DNA of 64,000 nucleotides, taken from positions 64,001-128,000 of the forward strand of contig JAXMOL010000011.1 in assembly GCA_034669905.1 (NCBI GenBank), in the 5' to 3' direction. Each line of letters opens with the position of its first letter. The stretch's first letter is position 1. Positions 46,415 through 54,381 of the stretch are shown in pieces. The notes under the pieces are model-generated. The model did no database searches and was not told where the DNA came from. It saw only the letters and a program-made list of their open reading frames with translations. This stretch comes from Candidatus Hydrogenedentota bacterium. Lineage in GTDB: Bacteria > Hydrogenedentota > Hydrogenedentia > Hydrogenedentales > JAEUWI01. Made by a program: the position numbers and the translations under genes.

Positions 46415-48223
46415 ATGGCATACGAGAAATTCCGGCACGTGCTCCAACGGGAATTGAGCCGTCCCCGCTCCACGCGCTTTCTGCTGTCGGGTGCGGCCCT
46501 TATCATGGTGCCCACCCTCTTCGCCGGTTTTTTCTTTGACGACTACGTCCACCTCCTCACCCTCCGGGGTGAGGAGACGGTGGCCGCGCCCTTTGACCTC
46601 TTTTGTTTTGCCCGGGGCAATGCCGACGCCCTCTATCCCTTTCTGAACTCCGGCCCCTACCCCTGGTATACCCTGCCTGATCTCAAGCTCCATTTTTTTC
46701 GGCCCCTCTCGTCGGCCACCATGGTGCTCGACCACCAGCTTTTTGGCGAGACCGCCTTCCTTTACCATGTGCACAGCCTCCTCTGGTACGTACTCCTCGT
46801 GTGGGGTGTCGTCCTCCTCTTCCGACGTCATATGACACCCGGCCTGGCGAGTCTCTGCGGCCTGCTCTACCTGTTGGACGACGGACACCTGCTCCCCGCC
46901 TTGTGGTGGTCCAATCGCAACGCCATCGTGGCCGCGGCACCCGCACTCCTGGGATTGGTGGCCCACCTCCGGTGGCGGGAAGACCATTGGCGGCCCGGAC
47001 TGCCCCTCTCCCTCCTGGGTTACGGCCTGGGTCTCCTCGGCGGCGAAACGGCGCTGGGCATATTCGGCTATCTCATCGCCTATGAGATGACGTGCCCCCG
47101 CACTCCCTGGTATGACCGGGTTCGGGCCCTGAGCCCCGCGGGTCTCTTGGCCGTCGCCTATCTGCTGGTCTATAAGACGGCCAACTTCGGTGTGCACGGC
47201 TCGGGAGTCTATCTCGACCCCATCGCGGAATGGCGCACCTACCTGGCCGCGGCACCCACCCGCCTCACCGAGCTCCTCGGCATCCAGTTCTTCTCGCTGC
47301 CCTCGGAGTTGTCCGTAGTTTCCAACCCCCTTGGAACGCTCCTGCTGGCGGCTGCCTTCCTACTCACCCTCGTCCTGGGCGCGGGCCTGGTACGCCTTTG
47401 GAAATTCTGTGATAAGGACGAACGTCGGCTGCTCCTGTGGATGGGACTGGGCTCCTTTATCGCATCCCTTCCCGTCCTCGCCACCTTCCCCTCGGGACGT
47501 CTCCTGCTGCTGCCATCCATCGGGGGCTGCGTCTGGATAGGCCTGTTCATTAGCAAAGGACTCCAGTTGGCCCGCGCGCGTGAAACACGGTTTGTCCGCC
47601 TGCTCGCCGGCGTCTTCGTTGTCCTGCATCTCGCGGTGCCGCCCCTCCATTGGATCGGTGCGAGTATCGCGATTCCGACCATCATCCATGCCTCCAAAGA
47701 TGCCTTTCGCGAAATAGAAATCAACCCGAAAACAGCCCCCACGCAACGGGTCATCGCCCTTTTTGCCGCCGACCCCTACACGGGCTTCTACCCCCTGGTC
47801 ATGCGCCAATACCTGGGTTATCCCAATCCCCGGAGCTGGCAGACCCTTTCGCTGGCGCCATTCGACCACGAAATCACCCGCACGGCCCCCCATCAGTTTG
47901 AGGTGCACGTCCTGGGTGGCGAACTGCTCTCGACCCCCTTTGAACGACTCATGCGCAGTGACCAATACCCCTATCAGCCGGGCGAAGTGGTTACCCTTCA
48001 GGGATTTACCATCACGATTCTTGAGACTGGCGCCTGGGGACCCTCCCGCTTCCGGCTGACGATGGATGAACCGCTGGAGTCTCCGGCCTACACTTTCCTC
48101 GCCTGGCAGGACGGCCGCCTTTCCCCCATCACCTGGCCCGCCGTGGGCGAATCAAGGACATTTTCGGTGTCCGACGGCTACTTCGCCTGGCGAAACTTCA
48201 AAAGCCGGCTTCCCCTGTTGTAG
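46415..48223 (+). CDS. Multi-pass membrane protein, probable GT-C fold
   Basis: FFFDDY after TM1, FFRPLS, YHVHSLLW, WWSNRN; many TM segments plus a soluble C-terminus. Confidence 0.65.
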   Translation: MAYEKFRHVLQRELSRPRSTRFLLSGAALIMVPTLFAGFFFDDYVHLLTLRGEETVAAPFDLFCFARGNADALYPFLNSGPYPWYTLPDLKLHFFRPLSSATMVLDHQLFGETAFLYHVHSLLWYVLLVWGVVLLFRRHMTPGLASLCGLLYLLDDGHLLPALWWSNRNAIVAAAPALLGLVAHLRWREDHWRPGLPLSLLGYGLGLLGGETALGIFGYLIAYEMTCPRTPWYDRVRALSPAGLLAVAYLLVYKTANFGVHGSGVYLDPIAEWRTYLAAAPTRLTELLGIQFFSLPSELSVVSNPLGTLLLAAAFLLTLVLGAGLVRLWKFCDKDERRLLLWMGLGSFIASLPVLATFPSGRLLLLPSIGGCVWIGLFISKGLQLARARETRFVRLLAGVFVVLHLAVPPLHWIGASIAIPTIIHASKDAFREIEINPKTAPTQRVIALFAADPYTGFYPLVMRQYLGYPNPRSWQTLSLAPFDHEITRTAPHQFEVHVLGGELLSTPFERLMRSDQYPYQPGEVVTLQGFTITILETGAWGPSRFRLTMDEPLESPAYTFLAWQDGRLSPITWPAVGESRTFSVSDGYFAWRNFKSRLPLL

Positions 48224-48286
48224 AATCAGCGGATTCCAACGCCCCCCTTTCCGGCGGGCAGTTCACTTTGTTAAAAGGATTGCATT

Positions 48287-48487
48287 ATGAACGTCATGGT
48301 AAATGGCGAAGCCCGCGAATTAGCGGCGGGCACCTCTATCCAGGCATTGCTCGATACCCTGGGCTTTGACGGCACAACCCTCGTGGTCCAGAAAAATGAT
48401 GACATCATCGAGCAGGCCGACTACGCAGACAGTCCCCTCAACGAAGGGGACCAGATTGAACTCGTCCGCTTTGTGGGCGGTGGCTGA
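48287..48487 (+). CDS. thiS: Sulfur carrier protein ThiS
   Basis: 66 aa, VNGE start, ends IELVRFVGGG. Confidence 0.95.
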   Translation: MNVMVNGEARELAAGTSIQALLDTLGFDGTTLVVQKNDDIIEQADYADSPLNEGDQIELVRFVGGG

Positions 48488-49137
48488 TGGACTTAGCCAG
48501 CCGGCAGGCCCGGTTCCAACAGGCCGATTTGTATGTGGTCATCACGGAGGCCTTTTGCGAGGGGCGCGACGGGGTGGACGTGCTGGATGCCTGCCTTCGG
48601 GCCGGGGTGCGGCTGGTCCAGTTTCGTGAGAAGCATGTTTCTGCACAGGTTTTGGTCGAAAAGGGGCGGGCCTTTGCCGAACGCTGCCACGATGCCGGTG
48701 CCCTGCTCATCGTCAACGACCGGGTCGATGTCGCCCTGGCCATCGGCGCGGATGGTGTCCATTTGGGACAGGACGATCTGCCCGTAGCCGATGCGCGGCG
48801 GATTGCCCCGGAATTGTTGGTCGGTGCAAGTTCCCACGATCTTGAGGAAGCCCTGGCTGCCCAGAAGGCCGGCGCGACCTACGTCAACATTGGCCCCATT
48901 TTCGCCACCCAGACCAAAGACGTCCCCACGGGAGTGGTTGGGCCGGAAATGATTGATACGATTCGTCCCCACCTGACCATTCCGTTCACCTGTATGGGCG
49001 GCCTCAAGGCCCACAATCTCCATGAAGTGGTGCGCCGGGGTACCCGTCGGGTGGCCGTCGTGACCGCCGTCACCGCCGCGCCAGACGTGCGGGTTGCGGC
49101 GAAAGAACTCCGCCAGGCCATTCACGCGGCGGATTAG
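48487..49137 (+). CDS. thiE: Thiamine-phosphate synthase
   Basis: LYVVIT, VQFREK, IVNDRVDVA, DGVHLGQDD, GPIFATQTK. Confidence 0.95.
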   Translation: MDLASRQARFQQADLYVVITEAFCEGRDGVDVLDACLRAGVRLVQFREKHVSAQVLVEKGRAFAERCHDAGALLIVNDRVDVALAIGADGVHLGQDDLPVADARRIAPELLVGASSHDLEEALAAQKAGATYVNIGPIFATQTKDVPTGVVGPEMIDTIRPHLTIPFTCMGGLKAHNLHEVVRRGTRRVAVVTAVTAAPDVRVAAKELRQAIHAAD

Positions 49138-49242
49138 TAGGTCGAGACCGCAGGATCATGATACCCATCCCCATCGCGGTGGGCACCTTCCTGTCACAGA
49201 CTGTATGGTATCCGGCAATTTTCTCGCGCAGCACGACGGGCG

Positions 49243-49997
49243 TAGCGCAGCCGTTGGCCGCAACCAGAAGATTTTGAACCACGAATAAACACTAATTCAC
49301 ACGAATAAGAGTCGTTGCGCCCAGACAATTAGCCTCTAATAAGGCGGATATTAAGGGACCGGACGCCATCGAAAATTGCCTTTCGAACAGGCCATGCCCA
49401 CGCGGTCCGAATGGGGCAATCTTATCTCTATGCTGATCTGTGTCATCCGTGCTATCCATCTCCTCCGTGGTCACTATTCTGCATATGCGACCCTGATTGG
49501 TGAATGCATTCACAAGACTAGCAGGGAGAGATTGGGATTCAGCATCCAGCCTGTCTATCTTGCAGGCACCACCGCCTTCCTCCTTCCCTCTTCTTCGTGC
49601 TCTTCGTTCCACTATCCGGCGTCTTCTTCTCCTTTTGACAAGAAAATAGATTTCGCGAGTTTGCATCACCTATTCCTTCTTTAGGTTACACGCCTGAATC
49701 AGAGTTGGAGAAATTCCGAATTTTGACCACGGATTAAAGGGATGATACGGATAGGAGAACATAGACTAAAAGTCGATTAGCGGTAGGTATCCATTGCGAT
49801 ACATCCCCGCAAGCCGTTTTATCCGTGGTCAATCATGTTGATTACCATTCATTGCTTTCTCACCACAGATACACAGTGAACCTGAGAGAATATTTCGTCT
49901 CCGCGTTCCTTACGTTCCTTTGCGGCCAATAAAATTCGTGTTCATTCGTGTTCATTCGTGGTTCAACTTTTTTGAGTTGTGGCCAACGGCTGCGCTA
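49243..49997. mobile_element. Candidate non-autonomous element bounded by 64-bp imperfect terminal inverted repeats
   Basis: Left arm 49243-49306 tagcgcagccgttggccgcaacc..ttgaaccacgaataaacactaattcacacgaat; right arm 49934-49997 is its near reverse complement; the interior is AT-richer with no credible gene. Confidence 0.55.
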
Positions 49998-50108
49998 AGT
50001 CCTTCGTGGTGAAAACTACTATAGGTATCCACCACGGAATGCACCGAATGACACGGAAGGAAAACTAAGGGGGTTGACCTTTCCGCCACGGGCAGCCCAA
50101 ACATAGAA

Positions 50109-50137
50109 CGGGCGCTCCGTATTTTTCGGAGCGCCCG
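50109..50137 (-). terminator. Hairpin terminator downstream of gspF/pilC
   Basis: 11-bp perfect stem cgggcgctccg/cggagcgcccg, 40 bp after the stop. Confidence 0.7.
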
Positions 50138-50177
50138 GTGGCTTGAGTATGGTTGCTAGTGGATGTCCCGCCCGTTA

Positions 50178-51728
50178 TCAGGCACCCGCGTTACCCAACT
50201 GTTCGATGAGGGCCACGAGGGGTTGGAACAGGGCCACGAAGAGAATCAGGATGCCCAGACCAACAATCACGGTAAATATAGGCTGAAGCGTCTCGCCCAG
50301 ACTACGGGTCTGAATTTCCACTTCCTGCTCATAAATGTCCGCAATCTGATTGGCTACTTCGTCGACCCGACCGGACTCTTCACCGGTGACCAACATGTCG
50401 GTCACGACCGGGGGAATGGCCGGAGCCGCCTTACGCAGGGGCGCTTCCATACCACCACCGCGCTCGATGGAATCCCGAACCCCCTGAAGGGCCTCGGCCA
50501 CGCGCCGGTTATTCACCGAAGAGCGGGTCAGTTCGAGGGTGGCCATCATGGGAACACCCGAACGAATCAGGAGCGCCAGGGTCCGGGTCAACTCGACGAT
50601 GGCATTGCCTTTGACGATGGGGCCGGTTACCGGAATGCGCAGTTTAATGGTGTCCACCCAGAGTCGCGCCACAGGGGAGCGGGCGACAAAGAGTTTGTAG
50701 AGCACGACCAGCACCGCGAGTATGACGAAGGGCCACCACCAGTACGCGGAGAACCACTCGGAGGCATCAAAAAGCGCCTGGGTCAGGCCCTTAATTTCGA
50801 TATCGGCTTTTTCAAACATGGATTTGAATTCGGGGATAACGAACTTGGTGATGAGCAGCATAACCAGGGTACAGGCGACGATCAGAATCGCCGGATAGAC
50901 CATGGCACTGCGCACCCGTTTGTGCATGAGCTCCCGCTCTGTACGGTACGCGACCACCCGTTCCAACACGGTGATCAGGGTACCGCTCGCCTCACTGGCG
51001 CGAATCAGGTTGACGAAAACACGGTCGAAATAGCGGCTGTGCCGATCAAAGGCCTGCCAGAGGGGGTTACCCGCTTCCACATATTGGGTGATATCGGCCA
51101 CGAGGGCACGGGCACGGGCACGTTCGCCCCGTTTCGAAAGGGTCTGGAGGGCACGAAGGATGGGCGTACCGGCCTTGAGCAACATGATGAGCTGCCGCAG
51201 GAAGTTGGTGACGTCCGATTTCCGAACGCTCCCCATGAAGGATGCGGCGGCGGCAGGGCCCCCGAACTCATCCCGGGCACCGGATTTCCGGGCGTCTTTA
51301 CCAGCGCCGGCCTTCGATTTGGCCGCAACCGCTTTCACGGCCAGGGGCTTGGCGCCACCGGCGATACTTACCGCGGGTTTCTCTGCGGGCGCGGCGGGCT
51401 TGGATACCGCAGGTCGCTCGGCCACTTCGTCGTCTTTTTCCGTATCAGCCAACACGTCCGCGAGTCCTTTAACGTCGATCTTTTTCAAGCCGCCGCGGGC
51501 TGCGACCGCCTTTTTCGCGGGTGCCTTTTTGGCAGCCGGCTTTTTGGCGGCAGCTTTCTTTGCCGCTGCTTTTTTGGTGGCCGCTTTCTTCGCGGCCGGC
51601 TTCTTGGCGGTTGCCTTTTTCTTCGCCGCCGGTTTGGGCTCGGTCACGTCGCCCTCAGCGGCAGGCGCTTCGGGGGTGACTTCTTCGGCATCGGTGCTGA
51701 CTTCCGGATTCTCGGCTTCGTTCGCCAT
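50178..51728 (-). CDS. Type II secretion/type IV pilus inner-membrane platform protein (GspF/PilC) with N-terminal K/A/P-rich extension
   Basis: FLRQL..LLKAGTPI, ASEASGTL, SAMVYP, LIRSGVP, TGEESGRVD, LQPIF; GGAGG RBS. Confidence 0.92.
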   Translation of the reverse strand: MANEAENPEVSTDAEEVTPEAPAAEGDVTEPKPAAKKKATAKKPAAKKAATKKAAAKKAAAKKPAAKKAPAKKAVAARGGLKKIDVKGLADVLADTEKDDEVAERPAVSKPAAPAEKPAVSIAGGAKPLAVKAVAAKSKAGAGKDARKSGARDEFGGPAAAASFMGSVRKSDVTNFLRQLIMLLKAGTPILRALQTLSKRGERARARALVADITQYVEAGNPLWQAFDRHSRYFDRVFVNLIRASEASGTLITVLERVVAYRTERELMHKRVRSAMVYPAILIVACTLVMLLITKFVIPEFKSMFEKADIEIKGLTQALFDASEWFSAYWWWPFVILAVLVVLYKLFVARSPVARLWVDTIKLRIPVTGPIVKGNAIVELTRTLALLIRSGVPMMATLELTRSSVNNRRVAEALQGVRDSIERGGGMEAPLRKAAPAIPPVVTDMLVTGEESGRVDEVANQIADIYEQEVEIQTRSLGETLQPIFTVIVGLGILILFVALFQPLVALIEQLGNAGA

Positions 51729-51813
51729 CAGACGGCATCCTCCCTGGAGTTCCTATTCGATGCCCCGCAGAGCGGGGCCAATTTCCTGGTTTGTCGGGCG
51801 CGTTGGGACCACA

Positions 51814-52920
51814 TTAGACCGTCGCCTCCGCTTCCGCGTTGACTTCCTGTTCCTCGACGGTCTCATCCGCATTCTCCGCGGCCGGCGCTTCCGTCGCTTC
51901 TTTGGCATCGGCAAAATCCACATTCCAGTGGACGATGTCATACTCGGCGTTTTCGTTAAACAGCAGGACGGCCTCCACCCGATGGACGGATACATTCATG
52001 AGGTAGCGACGCTTATCGGCGGCACTGGCCGTTTCATACTGGTCTTTGTCCACGTACCGGGCGTAGCGCCCTTCACAGACCACGCGGAAACACCGGGATT
52101 GGAAGCCCAGCGACGGGTCGGGACTGACCGATTCCGCGGGTACGCCGCGGGCGGCCGCCACCGCAGCAGCCAGGGCGGTGGGAGAAGAAAAAGGTCCCTT
52201 CCCTTTCACCTGGGCGGCTTGCTCCGGGGTCAAATCCAACACGGCGGCCAGCACGGCGGCGTCGGCCGCGTTGACATTAAAGTAACCCTGGGGCTTCGCA
52301 TGGTCCACGACGGAATAGGTCGTTAAGGTTTCGTGGACGGCGGGGGAAAGGGGCGATTCAATGAGTCCCCGAGCGACGAGCTCATCCAACTCCAGATACC
52401 ACGGGTTGGTGGAGGAATTCCCACCTGCGGGCACGCTGGCCGCAATCGCGCGCGCGGTATCCCCGGAAACGCCGAGTACTTTTTGTAAGACACTGGCCGG
52501 CGCGTGGTTCAGATTGACCTTGCCGCTTTCATCATAAATCGTGAAGGTCGTTTCGGCCAGGCGGGGCGCGCCCATTTCCTCAATGAGGGTCTGGCCCTCC
52601 TCACCCGACACCAGGGAACGATAGGTGGGGAACTTTATTGCATAGGGGGATTCCAGCTGGATGGGACGGGTCGTGGGATTCAGCAGGTATTGTTGAATGC
52701 CGGCGGCGGCGCTCTCGACCCCCGCAATGGCCAATTGTCGGGCCCGTTTCTGGCGCAACTCGATGCTGGTGTCGGCCACTTCCAACTCCATGTGACGGAG
52801 GTAAATCATGCCCAGCGCGGAGAAGACGGCCAGGATGGAAAGGGCGAAGAGTAATGCAGCACCGCGACGCCCCTCCGTTGACCGGGGGCCCGCCTGGGTA
52901 TCAATCTTGGTATCGTGCAT
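51814..52920 (-). CDS. GspK/PilX-like minor pseudopilin
   Basis: RRG|AALLFAL class III signal lacking E5; DESGKVNLNHAP and FNVNAA HhH-like repeats; acidic tail. Confidence 0.8.
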   Translation of the reverse strand: MHDTKIDTQAGPRSTEGRRGAALLFALSILAVFSALGMIYLRHMELEVADTSIELRQKRARQLAIAGVESAAAGIQQYLLNPTTRPIQLESPYAIKFPTYRSLVSGEEGQTLIEEMGAPRLAETTFTIYDESGKVNLNHAPASVLQKVLGVSGDTARAIAASVPAGGNSSTNPWYLELDELVARGLIESPLSPAVHETLTTYSVVDHAKPQGYFNVNAADAAVLAAVLDLTPEQAAQVKGKGPFSSPTALAAAVAAARGVPAESVSPDPSLGFQSRCFRVVCEGRYARYVDKDQYETASAADKRRYLMNVSVHRVEAVLLFNENAEYDIVHWNVDFADAKEATEAPAAENADETVEEQEVNAEAEATV

Positions 52921-52928
52921 AGAGCGAC

Positions 52929-53564
52929 TCACTTTACGTGGATTGGAAATACGGCTTCGCGGGAAATGTGCTCGCCTGGGCGATTTACCATACCGATGGC
53001 CAGGCTGACCCGAACCGCTTCCGGATGGTGGGGAGCGGACCATTCCTCGACCCAGCCATTCTTGCCATCCAGATAGGTGACATTCATGGAAACCACGGCT
53101 TCGGCAAGTACCTGGGCACCCTGTTCGGGAAGGCTTCCGTCGTTGGGGCCAACCGACCGAATGAGTTTTGGATTCTCGACTTCGGTCCGATCGATGCTAT
53201 AGCGAACGGCCAATTGTTCCCACGGCCCATTGCCAAGACGACGTTGCTGAATCGGCAGAATCAGCGCGTCGTTTTCGGGATAGTGGCGGTTCAGCGTTGC
53301 CTCTTCCTCCAGGGCATCCACGCCTCGGATCGCGTGGCCATTGCGCTGGGCGGAAAGGACACGTTCGGTATCGTTTCGCACCATGTTAAAGACATTGACA
53401 CATTTGGCGTTCAGATCCATGCTGGCCGAGGTATCGCGCCAGAGGCTGGTCATCGAAATGAAAGTCGTGGCCCCCAACGTCGTTACGACCGAAAGGATGG
53501 TCAACACCATGAGGAGTTCAATGAGCGTGAAACCAAGTCGTTGCTTGCGTTGTATCATGATCAT
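52929..53564 (-). CDS. GspJ/PilW-like minor pseudopilin
   Basis: LG|FTLIELLMVL prepilin motif; C-terminal WVEEW...PEAVRVSL. Confidence 0.8.
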   Translation of the reverse strand: MIMIQRKQRLGFTLIELLMVLTILSVVTTLGATTFISMTSLWRDTSASMDLNAKCVNVFNMVRNDTERVLSAQRNGHAIRGVDALEEEATLNRHYPENDALILPIQQRRLGNGPWEQLAVRYSIDRTEVENPKLIRSVGPNDGSLPEQGAQVLAEAVVSMNVTYLDGKNGWVEEWSAPHHPEAVRVSLAIGMVNRPGEHISREAVFPIHVK

Positions 53565-54100
53565 TTCTCCGCCCAATTCGGTTCCACTTTGGAGCGTGGA
53601 ACGGCACCGGTCAGCGCGATGTGCTCCTTCTTGCCCGCGTGCTCCCAATGGACATCCACGGTCACTTCCACGATGGAACTCGCGGGATTGGGAACGCGGC
53701 CGAAAGCGGCCCAGCGGAATTTGTCGTACACGATCTTCTGACGCTCGAAGGACGCGTCGTACGGTAGCAGCACTTCAGGCAGTAAGACTTTCCGGCCCGC
53801 CCGGGGATCATCGGCGTTGCTTTTTACGCGAAACAGGCCGACCCCATCTGCGCGGTCATGCTCCCACACGAAATTTGCCGGTTCGCGGACCATTTGTGCC
53901 AATTGGGACTCGGCCACGGAGGCCGCCAGTTCCCGGTATTGGGCTTGCACACCCAGGTCGGTACTTGCCATGTAGAGGCGGATGAGTATGGTGGTCGCGA
54001 CGCTTATGACGGTCAATGCCACAATGAGTTCGATCAGCGTGAAACCACGCCGACTGGATGGATGACAGCGAGTGCGGCAAGATCGTTGAGTGGATTGCAT
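53561..54100 (-). CDS. GspI/PilV-like minor pseudopilin
   Basis: RRG|FTLIELIVAL prepilin motif; EVTVDVHW; AAGGAG RBS. Confidence 0.8.
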   Translation of the reverse strand: MQSTQRSCRTRCHPSSRRGFTLIELIVALTVISVATTILIRLYMASTDLGVQAQYRELAASVAESQLAQMVREPANFVWEHDRADGVGLFRVKSNADDPRAGRKVLLPEVLLPYDASFERQKIVYDKFRWAAFGRVPNPASSIVEVTVDVHWEHAGKKEHIALTGAVPRSKVEPNWAEK

Positions 54101-54198
54101 GAGACTCCTTCCTGCGCGAACGAAGGGCCGACGGCTCGGCCCGTGAACTCCCTGACACCGACCCGTTCCGAGCCAGCCTCTCCACAGGGACAAATGTT

Positions 54199-54228
54199 AT
54201 AGTAAGCATAAGTTCTCATTTATGTCAA
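54199..54228 (-). promoter_or_regulatory. Sigma70-type promoter of the pseudopilin operon
   Basis: Minus strand TTGACA-18 bp-TACTAT with an AT-rich upstream tract. Confidence 0.6.
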
Positions 54229-54381
54229 CAATAAAAAAAAGTGGAAATAGCTCGAGTAAATTATTGACAAGAAAACTAAAGATATCGGGATGTTGTGCAA
54301 ACTTGACCAACTTTTCCCAATTTGCGTCTCTTGGGGGCCCCTCGCCCCGTTCTGGCAAAGAGGCGCAGAACGGGTCCAGGG

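Noticed and set aside
48224..48286. TPP riboswitch upstream of thiS-thiE
   Set aside because: The gap is only about 60 bp and lacks the CTGAGA and CTGAT...GGGA cores
49292..49684. 125-aa and 102-aa ORFs inside the TIR-bounded element
   Set aside because: Atypical composition, no motifs, and they run through decayed repeats
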